Source: Botryllus schlosseri
Lineage: Eukaryota
NCBI GenBank assembly: GCA_051294905.1
Contig: CM119373.1
Location: 3,846,001 to 3,910,000 of the forward strand
Length of the DNA stretch: 64,000 nt
Direction of reading: 5' to 3'
The notes beneath the pieces were generated by a model that saw only the letters and a program-made list of their open reading frames with translations, had not been told where the DNA came from and ran no database searches. Both the position numbers and the translations under genes were made by a program. Positions 51,791-64,000 of the stretch are shown here, in pieces. Position 1 is the stretch's first letter. Each line of letters begins with the position of its first letter.

Positions 51791-53790
51791 ACTGTGCAGC
51801 CTCATTTTGCCGCCCCCTTGGAGCCTGCCGCCCCTGGCGCAGAGCCAGAACCGCCAAGTGGCTGCTACGCCACTGGGCCGTACACTCTCAGCGAAGACAG
51901 TGTGTGTTCACATCCAAAATGGCGGTACGCGAAAACACAACTTACCTACAGGAATTATATATCGCGGTTATAAATCCTACGGGCTTACGTAATACCTTCC
52001 TTAATTCCTACGTACAAGCATGGTTTGGATTAAAATGTTGTGCTTGATTTATACCACGGTGCAAGTCTGATGGCATAGGTCCGGGTTTCATGAACCACGG
52101 GTGTATATTCACACCCTTGAAATCACAGGTGGTACACGAGTGTAAATACCATCGTTTTTTGCTAGGAGTGTGCGGAGGTATTGGGATTGAGCTAAATATT
52201 TTGCTACCTAGGCTACAACCTTTCGACCTGATAGCTACCCCTGTATCTGTCACGATACTTTTGTAATTTATGCTTGCATATTATATTTGTAGCATGGTAT
52301 ATGCTATATGGAAGTTTACATAACAGTGCATATGTACTATTTTGAATTCCAATCCCATTGCTGCTACTACTATTCTAACGACATGCTAAATATATATCTT
52401 TGCACTAATAGAACGTACCGTATATCGGAGTCTTCATAGTTCTCTCAATAGAAAACGGGATATGTACACTGAAAATTATGAAAATGACATTCAATTGATC
52501 AATATCGTCCCCAAATGGTTTTGATTATGCGCGACATGTAACCACGTTAAATTGCCGCATAATATCAGCTATAATCAAGTCAATCATACACCATTAATCC
52601 TCCCTCCCATACCTCTACCGTTTGTTTTCACTATAGTCTCCTTACAATAGTATATAAAACCTTAAACGGCCTCACAGAAGTACCTTTTATGATCACAACT
52701 ACTTACTGCGCTGATTTTGCTCAATAAACTGGAAAATAATAGTCGGATATGATCAATATTAATCAGTCTTTGAATCATTTAAAATGTGTTGATTATATCG
52801 AAAAGAGTTAGTTCTAACCGACGGACATATCAAACTGGATTTGCAACATCGTTGTTTAGCTTACTGACATCATATTATAGCCTTCGGTTAAAAACAATGA
52901 TTTATTAGGTACAACTATCTCACTTGGCAATAAATAAGGTAAACTAATTATAGAATTGCAAAGCAAATATTGATTAGTCGGCTAAACACCAATATACCTC
53001 AACCTCTGTAAACATAGAGTATTTATATACAAACGCTATTTTCCTGCACAGGTGCGCTTCTGCTCTTGAGAGTTGGTCATATCGGTGCAACCCTTATATA
53101 TTGAACCGATTCTACGTAAACGACACGTAGCTTCTAATGACTACTGCGCTCGCGTGTAATATAGCCAGGCAATACAGAACACGTATTTACATTGTTGTGT
53201 AATAACTTTGATGGCAATTTTGATGCCTTACGTATCTCGATAGCAATTTATTGCTATATTACGTTCTGTAAGTGTTCTCTGTCGATTTCAAACACGGCAA
53301 ATTGCGCCTATCGACGGCATACAGCCTTTACAGGTGAAATCACCATATATGTCTTTTGTTTGAGAAACGATGTAGGCCCTATTGCTTCAAATCCGGACGT
53401 GCAAGTATGGGTAATTGGCGCGGCACGGCAAGATTTATCGTAGTCCGTACTGCGCAAGTTTTTTCGTACAGGACTAGTGCGGTAATATAGAAATCGTGCC
53501 TTTATACTACCAATCCATACGTAGCCTATTCGGGCTACCAGGGTCACTTGTCATGGTGTCATAGATAGTTGTTTCTTGATCGTTTAAGCGATCGTACCCC
53601 TTGATCGTTCAATGACATTTCTCGTAGCCCCTGCCCATTTTCAACACATCTTCTGATGATACCAATGTTAAAATCAAAGGGACCATGACATGAAATCGCG
53701 GAAATTCTTGTGTTGAATAAATTTGCACCGAAACGATTCCACTTTTGGTCGGTTTTCAAAGAAATTTTGGGTTCTGGATAGAGTCTAGGC

Positions 53791-54972
53791 CAGGGGTTCT
53801 CAAAGGGTGGGCCATGGCCCACTGGTGGGCCACAAGAGCATTTGAGGTGGGCCACAGAGCTATTTGGAATTTTTTAGAAATATTGTAAGTTTAGTAATAT
53901 TTGTTGTGTTAATCGCTAAAAAAATAAATTTATATTAGTTGATCATACGTAGGCTACATTAAGCTTTTTATCCGACTCTGATGAGACGTAGTGGTATGTA
54001 TGGAGTCAGCATTTCAAATCGAAAATGGGAGGCAGAAACGGCGGCTTTTTCCACTGGCTGTGACTACCTATGGCTAAAAGGAACTAAAATAATTTCGCGT
54101 ATGTAATACCTGCTGGAAGGTAATGCTAAAGTAACCAAGTATTCCGGCAGGGTCATATTGTCGTATGCCGCTGAAAGGGGTGTGCAATAAACTCGGAATG
54201 AAGTGTAACTGATGTATCGATTTACTGTACTTCGGCAGTTCGTATTATTGTAAGTTAAAAATGGCCATAATTACAAATTATTAGCAACTTCTGGTGGAGG
54301 TATATACTGCACCACCGAATATTAATGGATTGAGGATTCAGCGGAGCGCATTATTATTTGAAGTCTGTTTAAAATGTCATGCCCGCAAATCAATGTACAT
54401 AATGTAAGAGTCACATAAATTGATAGTATCACTGGATTGAATATTCCGACATCCCAACTTCAGTTGGTTCAGTACGTGACATAGAATGTAGTAGCCTACA
54501 TTGTACAGCATGCATAATATGAAAATCTTCCTCCACTCCTCTTTAGTACCCCATTCACCAATGAATTGTTTGAAGCGGGCCCAGAATGATTATATTGTTC
54601 CCCTCAATAGTGGAACGAAAATCCCAATCACACAGTGTATGCGGGAATTCGATCATTGTGTTTCGCGAAGCGAATGGAGCAGCGGACGATCATAAATAAA
54701 GTTTTAGCATATGATCTACCAGAGCCGTAACTGCCGCACCCAAACCCCCAATTGGTGGAGCTAGAAGACTATTTCGTTGGTCGTTTGTTGGAAGATATTC
54801 ATTCAACTTGAAAATTTTCGTCGCGCTTTGCGCGAATTCGTGACCCGGCGTGTTTATACTTTGATGTCATCAATAAATAAGGAGAAAATATGACTTTAAG
54901 ATTAGAGGTGGGCCACAGCACGTTTTCAAACCGGAAAATGGGCCACGGCCAAGAAAGGGTTGAAAACCCCTG
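53791..54972. mobile_element. hAT MITE
   Basis: TIR CAGGGGTTCTCAA / TTGAAAACCCCTG; TSD GTCTAGGC/CTCTAGGC. Confidence 0.85.
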
Positions 54973-55305
54973 CTCTAGGCCAAATTCCGCAATGCATCTC
55001 GTACCTCCTCATTTCGCGTTTCGTACCACCAAGCGGTCCACAGACCCCAGGTTGGCGTCTCCTGAATTAGATTAATTACAGCGAAAGGCCAGTAATCTAA
55101 TACCAGTCTAATTTTTGAATTTTTTGCTTTCATTTAAATTTTAATATAATTTGTAGTTTTCATGAAAATGCTATAGGAGAACTGTATAATGCGAAACGAA
55201 ACAAGCTTGGTGTGGGATATTTGTCATTCCTATGCTTACGAGATTAAACTCAGATTTGCTACGAACTGAACTTGATTTTTGTTACATTTCATTTGCGAGT
55301 TCACT

Positions 55306-55966
55306 AATATTGCGGCAAACGATACGTTCATATTGCCAAATTTATTCCGCGGGAAGCTTTTCGACTGGCTCCCTTCAGCAGTGAGTGCCAGTAAATGAGG
55401 TTAACCAAGTTCGAAATATAGAAAGAATTTTGTCGTTGTGGCGTAATAATGACAAGTACACACAAAATCAGTTGTAAAACAGCCGAATAACAAAACAACA
55501 CTAATGGAAGATTCCCAGCGTTTAGAGATGTTCCTTCTGGCGACAGAGGATCGGCTTTTGCAACTTTATAATGGTTGATTCAAGGACCTTTAAATGAAAA
55601 AGAGAACGACCACGAGTAACTATGGAAAACTCAAATTAAATCAACCATTATAAAGCTGCAAAAGCCGATCCTCTGTCGCCAGAAGTAACATCTCCACACG
55701 CTGGGAATCTTCCATTAGTGTTGTTTTGTTATTCAACTGTTTTATAGCTGATTTTGTGTGTGCTGAACCGTAACCGTGCGCTTTTATACGGCCGTTCGCG
55801 ACTCTGTGTACTTGTCATTATTGCGTCACAACGACAAATTCTTTCTATACATGTATTTCGAACTTGGTTAACCTCATTTACTGGCGTTCACTGCTGAAGA
55901 GAGCCAGTCGAAAAGCTTCCAGTGGAATAAATTTGGCAATATGAACGTATTGTTTGCTGCAATATT
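55306..55966. repeat. Fold-back element with ~275-bp inverted arms
   Basis: 55306-55580 is the reverse complement of 55639-55966 apart from a ~45-bp extra segment; ~60-bp spacer. Confidence 0.85.
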
Positions 55967-56481
55967 GAAGTTCTGTACTTCGAAAATCCTATTTGAGTTC
56001 ACTAATTTTAATGCAGATTTGAATTGAAAATAATGTGTATTCATAATTCCAATTCAAATATAATTTGGAAAACAAACTGTTTAGTTATAATTCTAATCTA
56101 ATTGAGAAAAAACTGAAAATTTTTCAGGTGTCCCACACTGGACATCTGAGGTATGCAACTGTATTTATGGCTTTACTATACTATACCATTGAATGCATAA
56201 CCTTGTGTTTGCCAATACGGAGGGTCGGATGCCTTCCTATACAGCTCGTTACGATAAAAGATCTATATTTCGCCCGTTACATACAAGCACCAGCAACCAA
56301 TTGTCGCTTTACTTACCCCTACCATAATATGCCCCAATCTGTATGTAACTTCGTCATGCATATAGGCTCAATTGCTCATTGCTCAGTATTCGATTTACCA
56401 AGGCTTGCAAAACTCTATATCAGAAGATAGAGGGGAATTAGGCAATAAATGTGCATTGCCCAACTATATTAGGATGTGCAT

Positions 56482-57921
56482 CAGAGTTGGATCAATTGTA
56501 ATTTGTAATTGAGCTGAATGTATAATAATTACATTTTTTCATGTAATTGTAATTGTAATTGTAATTGAAGCATTTTTATTTTGCGTAATTAGAATTGTAA
56601 TTGTAATTTGATCAAAATTTTGCTCAATTACAATCTCAATTACATTTTCATGGAAACCTGACAATCACGACATAAAATAATCATTTAATCAATCATTTAT
56701 TCGTCGCACCAGTGAAAATCCGGCAGAACCATGGAGACGACGAGGGGCCTTAAGGCCTTAGTAAACAGTCACAACATGTAATAATTAGCTTATTTACATA
56801 GGTGTTCTATGCGTGCTGCGTTATAACTAGATAATTCGGCCCTTTGGGCGGCGTGAAAGCATCTGAACGGGGCGCGACGCTCCAGTGAACTGATATCTTT
56901 TCCGCGCTTGGCCCGATTTACCTCCGTTTTATGGTTATTGCTCGGTGTATAGTCTGAATTTCGTATTGGAGAATTCTCTCATCAACAGTCATAACCTTCC
57001 ATACCATCAAACTATATGTAAGGATGACGATAAGGGGGGCACGAAATATTCACTGTCATAGAGGGGGCGTGTCTAAAAAAGTTAGAGAACCAGTGGGCTA
57101 AACTAAATCTCAATGCTTCAAAAATGGATGAACAGCAAATAAACTCTTCTGAAACCTGTGCTGAACCATTTTCTACACCACGGTCAAAGATTTTTTAAAT
57201 CTCTGACCAGTACCAAGGCTTGTTGCAACAATAGCAAAAGGAATTCAAGTTTCCAACCAAGGCTTTATCAAACTTGATCACGCATTTGTAAAGATGTTAT
57301 CCCAATCTTACCTCCAATCTTGGCCAAATTTACTGGGGCCAAAAACTTTTCGCACCCTAATGTGTATCAAATGCAATCTAACAGTTTCCGAGCAAGTGAA
57401 AATGTAAATGCGAACCAAAATATTGAAATTTCTAGTTATCAGAAGGTTCTTTCCTTTTGCATTTATTTTAATTTTACGCACCTTATCGGTATCATCCTTA
57501 TCGCTGACGCCTTACCAATTAGATTTCATCATCCTGATTCAGCTCTGAGTGGCCTAATCGTATGATTACATTTCATTGACTGTCCTGTAGCCCATTCGCT
57601 GTAAGTCGCTCAAACCAGCTTGAAACATTTTTCTGTGCTTGTAGTTTTCAGTAGTCATGACTAGGAATAGTTCGAATACGTTCGAGTTTTTTTTTTTAAT
57701 TAAAGGGTATTCTACATATCAGGAATGAAACATGAATAGCTTGAGATTGTTGCTAATTACGTCGCTACGGTTGTCAAAGAACAACTCGTTACTGAATTAA
57801 TTGTAATTGTAATTATAATTGTAATGAAATACATGTTTAAGAGTAATTGTAATTTGATATTTTTAGCATTGAGTAATTGTAATTGTAATTGAATTAAAAT
57901 ATTGTAATTGATCCAACTCTG
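56482..57921. mobile_element. hAT MITE with (TAATTG)n subterminal arrays
   Basis: TIR CAGAGTTGGATCAATT / AATTGATCCAACTCTG; perfect TSD ATGTGCAT. Confidence 0.9.
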
Positions 57922-58098
57922 ATGTGCATTGTCCATGGTAGCCTTATCTGACTGAGAAAGTGGTATAGTAAGCATCCAGATCGACTATATACTCGTGCGA
58001 CTTCTATATCCCAGCTAACCCATCGAAAAATATTTTAATTTTCTTCAAATCTTTATTCACAAGGTAGTCTATTTCAGTAATGACCCTGCCTGACATCC

Positions 58099-61000
58099 TT
58101 AACACAAATTGCATGTCTTCTGACACATTCTTAGAACGGAAGGATATTGTCTCCCGTCGCAGTATGTCTTCCACGACGGACAGTATCGATTCTTGTCGTC
58201 GCATTCTGTAAAAGTGGGGATACGATTGAACTAAGGATGACAACCTGCCGCATCGACTGTGCAAGGTTAGGAACGACCTGGATTCGCCATATCGCAGTAT
58301 ACGAAGCATGAAGTAGGCCTACTCTACGAACGGCAGTTGAAATGACATTTCTGTGAAGTCGTGGTCGACCCACCGGCCACAGCATTGTCACAAAGTGCAG
58401 TGAAAAAAGGTGTGGTCGTTAATGTGATGTGGAAGTTGTTCTATATTTTTCGCAGAAGTCGCAGAATTGGTACACATCAATCATACTGTATTAGCGCCAA
58501 ACTGAGTAATACTTAAATACTCAACTCCAGAATCATTCTCGATTCAGAATGCAGAACAGGCTTACTCTATTTTCCTAGTTGTACTGACCGCCTCTGAGAT
58601 ACGACACAGCGTATTCACAAATTTTCTTACGTTGTTGAGTGCACCGGTTGCAGCTCTTTTTGCACTTGATAAGCATGTAGCTCGGGTTTCTAGTGCATTC
58701 ACCGACTCTGGCCCACGCTCTGCAATTCCTATTCTCGTCAACGCAGGATCCAGTAGGTTTTCTGGTGGTCGTTCTTTTGGTCGTAGTGGGTGTGATAGTA
58801 GAGGTGCCGCACTCTTTACAGCTTTTCTTGCAGTTGACAAGCATATAGCCTGGGTTTTTCTTACATTCACCTCTGTCCGCCCATGATTTACAGCGGTTAT
58901 TTTTATCCGTGCAGGATCCTCCGGGTTTGGTAATGATTGGGCGGGCCGTGGTGGTTGTGCCGCCCGAGCCCTTGGTGCAGCCGTACATAGCATTTAGCTG
59001 TTTCGCGTCTTCCGTTGATAGTCCGTTTCTCTGAACCAAATGATACAGTCTGCTAAGTCGATGCATTATCAAACAACCTTGTAGGCCTGCGATAAATATC
59101 AACAACGAGGAGATCATGAAATCAAAATCACGCAGAGGGCCCGCCTGCGCAAATGGCGCGACGCTCACCGCTACGCTATCCCAACAACTTATAAATTCCA
59201 AAATGTGTGTAAACTCATTATCAGTATCAAAACTAGCTCGGTGTGTGGGAATAATGACCCGTCTGCAATCTTTGGTTTCCAGATCAATACTACGAACCAT
59301 ATATTTTTCTCTTTTCCACTCTCACCTGCAATATGGAATCGTAGTATGGGGAAGTGCATGCAAAACATTTCTGTGCAGAATTCGAACCCTGCAAAACCGT
59401 GCGACACGGCTGATCTCATCTGTACCTTTACGTACCAATTTATCGCCTTACTACCGTAAGCATCGAATTTTGCGAGTTGATGAGCTATATCGCTTCGAAG
59501 TATCAAAAGTTGTTCACAAATATTTTTCCAATAGTCTGCCTCCTGTGTTTGATGACTTTTTCATACCTGCTAAAAATGTCCATTCCCATTACACGAGATC
59601 CTCGTCAAAGGGAAATATCTACTTACCCCCACCCAATAGCAACCTAACTAAGAGATCTATCGACTATTCGGGACCTATCATTTGGAATGCATTACCACCA
59701 CATATCCGTGAATTGCCTTATGACAGATTCAAAAAAGCCCTACTTGATCACCTCTTATCGTTACACTAACACTGTTGCCCTACCTCGCCCAGACATTGCT
59801 TCATTGATCATTTGCTACCATCGTTTACTTTTTCTTCTATTTTATTTTTTTAACTACTGTAACTTTTTTTACAGCCAGACTGTTTAGAGTCAAGTGTACC
59901 TGTTTGATTCTGGTGTGATCAGACTAGATGACCCTCACGGTCTTATCGATCATTCCTATCTAATACCGAATACTGTGCATGCATATTTTCTGTACCACCA
60001 CCACTGCCGTGTGTTATGTATTTTGGTTTGATGAAAAATAAAGACTCTCTCTCTCTCTCTCTCTCAGTACGTCTCCAGCCCAGCTCTACACTGACAGAAA
60101 CATACCTACTTCAGAGAATGATTTCACGTGGATTTCTCGTGGCTTAAAAGCATTGAATGCCTTGATTTAATAGAGGTGAAGTGATTTTGCACGCGTCTTC
60201 CTACAAGAGCTCCTTGGAAACGCCTCTGAAACTGAGTCATGATAATAAGTTGTAACCATTTCACAAGGCTCCGAGCCACTAGTCAATCTCACATTTTTAG
60301 TTTAAACTCGTGTCAAGTCGAGTCATTTTCAATTCACCCCCGAGTCAAGTCCGAGTCCAAGTCACCGAGCAGAGGGACGAGTCCAAATCATAGTATTATG
60401 ACTCGAGTCCGAGTCCAAGTCACTGTGTTGACTGCTCAGTTTCCCGTTGAAGTCTTGATTAAATCCACTTTTCATGTAACTCTGTTTGGTGATATCGAAT
60501 AGATCGAATTTTTAATGTACTTATTTTCCTCACTTTTAACAGTTTCTGGTCGAATTTTCAAGTACCAGTATTAATACTCGAAATCCCAACAGTGAGGTTA
60601 CTTTACTATTCTTCGAAATTACAATGAAAAGTCGGTCTTGGCCGTCTGAGTCTCGAGTCATATGACTTGCTCCGAATCATATCGAGTCGAGTCATTTCCG
60701 TATTTTAACAAAATTACTCGAGTCAAGTCGAGTCATCAGAATATCGCGACTCGAGTCGAGTCGTGACTCGAGTCATTACAACCCTGATACAGAGTAAGGA
60801 TAACGACAAAATCAGTTTCATGAATTGTTCCGATACCTGTCCGAGGCTTATTCCAGATCGTTTGGGAGTGATCGTTTGTCGACCGTTGGAAGAGAATGCG
60901 GTCGAGGAATAATGCATCAAGGAGTTGTAATCGTACGGGGAGTTGAAGGAGTTGATTTTGGACGTCCCTTGCTTTTGGAAGTTGTATTGAACGCCTGGAA

Positions 61001-62934
61001 AAAAAGCAGGAGTGAATAGAATCTCCTGACTCATTGATCATTGGTGACGATAGGATATGCATGTATATTGTATAGTGTATACTCAAACGCTCAATTCATT
61101 ATAATCCATATAGTTAGGTGTGGATTTGTGTATTCGAAATATATTTTGCCTAGTTACACTACTTCCGCAAATGGGTATAGTTTAGACTACTTCTACGCAT
61201 ATTTGAGTAGCAATTTACAACGCTACTTCTCCTACTTGACTACCAACGATGATTACTTTGAACACTTTTATAGTTCTGGTCTCTTATGAAGGCATGTAGA
61301 CCTATGCTGTATAGATATGTTTTCTAATAGGGCAGTTACAAAAGTTATAGACAAGATCAACAGGCAAGTCACAGAAACAGACTGTTTTGACAGCATAGGT
61401 TTTTTTTCTGCAATTCATTCTACATCGCCCATGACTTGGTATGGTTTTTCAATTATGGATATAACAAAGCCATAATGAGTGGTGCAACACTGCAGCTAAT
61501 GTAATAATTGATTATTGAAGTGACAATATTACCACGATAATCCTGACCGATTGTCAGCAGCAATGTACCGTGTAGTCGCTAATTTGCGATATATTGCCTT
61601 GTGATATCTTGCAATGAACTAATAGTATCCATCACTATCATATATTGCAATTTAGAATTGTGTTGTTTGAAGCCACTGACAAGCAGATAGAGCAGGGGTG
61701 GGCAAACTTTTGAGCTCGCGGGCCGCATTGAACATCTATATCCATTGGCGGGCCGCACTATATAAAATTGAGATTATAAACAAAAACGCAATATTGGTAT
61801 TTGATAATATAGTGAGGACATGGAGATAATATATGTGGTTGTTTAAAACAAACAAAACATTGCTTTGATGATATCGTACTCGCGTCAGAAACACAGTGGC
61901 GAGATTTCAGCGGCTGGTCGACCTCAATAACCAATTTGTCAAAACTATAGAGATGAAAGTCGGTTAGAAGCGGATTGAAATTTAAGTCTGTGAGCAGCGA
62001 TCTGTTCATTGATTTACTAATTCCACTTTTGGTGCGGTTCCAGGACACACAATGCTGACAGCATCATAACCATGTTAGCTTCAAACACACTTCTACTATG
62101 TGTAGATAATATATAAATACCCCAACTCTACGCATACCGAGAACGAATATTGTCAATTCCGGTTAGGATTTCTGTGATGTTTACCAGTTGAAACCTTTCA
62201 AACTGCGTGGGCCTTGAGATCGAGCTGTCGCGCCAGAAATTAAACATAAAAATTATAATAGGAAGTAGTTACCTTAGAACAGTGGTTCGCAAACTTGTTA
62301 ACCCCCCTACCCTTTATGATGGTGAAACGCAAACAGGATGCAAGCAAGCAAACAAACAAACATAACGGATAATTTGATGGCATGGAAGGTTATGACGCTG
62401 GAGGAGAGACTTCTAACTATGAAATTCATGCTAAATACAGTACAATGATTATGAATTGGATTACTATCGCGCGGAGCGCGAAAATTTTTCTCAGTTGAGC
62501 TCAGCTTTGCGCCCCCTTTAGATGCCTTCACACCCCAAGGAGGGCGTGTACCCCAGTTTGGGAACCATTGTCTCAAAATTATAATGGTGAAATATACTAA
62601 GAAAAAGTTTAATCAAGTCCGTACATTAATTCGATATTTAGTTTATATTTTATCAATATTTTTAAAAAGTTTCTTTAGACTCTCGCGGGCCGCGGGCCGT
62701 AGTTTGCCCACCCCTGAGATAGAGTGACATGACGGGAATGATTGGACGGTTGCGTAAAGTGTATACACGGGTTGATCTTGAACCAATCGATTTCTCACCG
62801 CTGGGTATGTTTCCCCAGTTGATAGTAACGTAGCTGTCTCTGTCCGGGCGACTTTGTTCGTGCCAAAATCCTAGAGAATGCATGATCTCGTGAACTATTA
62901 TCCCCGTGTGACCGCATCCATATCCTATTGATAC
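58099..62934 (-). CDS. Astacin-family (M12A) zinc metalloprotease with three C-terminal ShKT domains; 3' four exons, 5' part outside window
   Basis: Exons 62934-62799 ([19 protein letters not shown] zinc motif), 60994-60837 (YDYNSLMHY Met-turn), 59030-58631 ([15 protein letters not shown], Thr-rich linkers, two ShKT) and 58205-58099 ([15 protein letters not shown]...CQKTCNLC*, a third ShKT missed by the ORF track). Phases are compatible; AATAAA at 58057-58052. Confidence 0.92.
59227..60063 (+). mobile_element. 5'-truncated CR1/L2-group LINE, antisense in an astacin intron
   Basis: ORF2 C-terminus [21 protein letters not shown]...LQNRATRLI...HSHYTRS...[11 protein letters not shown], stop at 59769; 3' GACTAGATGACC motif, AATAAA and (TC)n tail. 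5' boundary approximate. Confidence 0.88.
60240..60786. mobile_element. Degenerate GAGTC/GACTC-array MITE (related fragment at about 24021-24142)
   Basis: CGAGTC-rich arrays ending TCATTACAACCCTG; the left end is eroded. Confidence 0.55.
61693..62716. mobile_element. Composite hAT MITE, sister of 50113-51310
   Basis: TIR CAGGGGTGGGCAAAC / GTTTGCCCACCCCTG; perfect TSD AGATAGAG. Confidence 0.9.
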
Positions 62935-63069
62935 CTGTTAATAATGCGTTATCAAATCGGTAAGCAGATGCGGTTCGTTAATTTACACCGGATATCATGC
63001 TAATTGCATTCATAACAGGAAGCCTAACAAACATTTATATAACCTACCGGATTATATTATATGACATCA

Positions 63070-63349
63070 TTTATTTTGTCCTTGATGTTTTTGTGGTATA
63101 TACATAGACTCATGCTATACATACACACGATATGTGCGTATGCATACCGTGGGTGCATGATGTGCATATGCCGATGGAAAGGAAGGTGCAAATATTCTCT
63201 TGTAAGACTTTCTATTTTTTAAGCCACCCTTTCATACTATCCCAGATATGCTGGGCGCCAAGCGCGGCAGCCGTAGATACCAGTTTTACTGATCTGGTCT
63301 TTGGTCCGATTTGGATTGAACCCACGACCTATACCATTCAAGAAGCCGA
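63070..63349 (-). mobile_element. tRNA-derived SINE, 5'-clipped sister of 3600-3907
   Basis: Colinear similarity (TTTTGTCCTTGATGTTT...GAACCCACGACCTA...TCAAGAAGCCGAA). Confidence 0.75.
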
Positions 63350-64000
63350 AAAAAGATAACAAGGATATAAGAATATAACTATTGTACATTATCGAAAATG
63401 AACTACACTCAACGGTAGTCCGTATAAACTTTTTCGAAGTGGCGTACTAAAACAGTCTTTGCTTACTTGCAATGTACGCTGTTTTATAAAGCAAAAGAGA
63501 GTTTTCTTTTAGATTTGCATCACTTTATCCCCCGTAGCCCCCGTATGGCGGAAGCTGAATACGTTTCGAAGAGTGTTACCGTTCCTAGTGTCAGTAACTA
63601 AATTGTATTGTATTGGACCACAGGCGCCCCATACTGAGATCCATTGCACAATGCTCAGCCATAAAATATTCCATTTAACTTCGGCAACGTATCGAGATAA
63701 AACAATATTATGGAACATGTAATCGATTTTGTATTCGTATCAAGACATGCTGTATAATTACTATCTACAATTACCTTAGTATTGTGAATATCTTATAGTC
63801 CGTGACAAAATTGGTCATTTAGCTTGTGTTGTTGATCAAATTAAATAGCTTGTGATGCAAAAGGCCTACGTTGTTATGTGATTATAAGAACCGTAACATG
63901 ATTATATTATTTAATAATATTATAAGGTATAAATCAATAGAAAGCATGCGAGGCCTCAACCAAATGTACTTTTGGAAACTTCTAATTTAATACTTTTTTA

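Larger units (their letters stand above)
48925..51875 (-). mobile_element. Defective hAT transposon with C-terminal transposase relic and nested insertions
   Basis: TIR CACTGGCGTAGCAGC / GCTGCTACGCCACTG; perfect TSD GGCCGTAC. Relics RRVRRKRRM.GE...AGLSVVEEVRRCM...DRLKLEAETRF and LKIYLTIGVSIASCVRSFSKLKLIKSNLRSTMNDDRLSS | LCILSIERD (hAT C-terminal dimerisation region). Confidence 0.9.

Noticed and set aside
52008..52253. Possible Cys-containing (VWC-like) exon
   Set aside because: The Cys pattern is incomplete and I could not link it to neighbouring exons.
58575..59300. 241-aa ORF as a complete gene
   Set aside because: Only 59030-58631 is exon; the rest is intron read-through, with a GTAAGA donor leading to the third ShKT exon.
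59116..59769. 217-aa ORF as a host gene
   Set aside because: It is the C-terminus of a LINE ORF2, fortuitously fused to an upstream ATG.

Overview
This is AT-rich, intron-containing animal genomic DNA, probably from a marine invertebrate, though the species cannot be determined here. It is dominated by nested transposable elements. There are three host loci, all on the minus strand. (1) A 10-exon gene (26274->8277) that splices in frame to a predicted 553-aa secreted protein of three tandem, N-terminally truncated fibrinogen-related domains; one intron is inflated to 13.9 kb by elements nested up to six deep. (2) A disabled F5/8 type C (discoidin) domain gene (about 48410->41948). (3) The 3' part of an astacin metalloprotease with three ShKT domains (62934->58099). 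The most striking structure is a 12,966-bp almost fully palindromic element (28609-41574): two ~6.36-kb inverted arms, a ~250-bp spacer, AGTAGT...ACTACT ends and a 6-bp target-site duplication (TSD). These are the signatures of a Polinton/Maverick, but no intact gene is recognisable, suggesting a non-autonomous fold-back derivative. Also present are Penelope-like relics with degenerate minimal hammerhead ribozyme motifs, many hAT-type MITEs with 8-bp TSDs, two hAT transposase fossils, a CR1/L2-like LINE 3' end, and tRNA-derived SINEs. All coordinates and translations were worked out by eye; no database searches were run.
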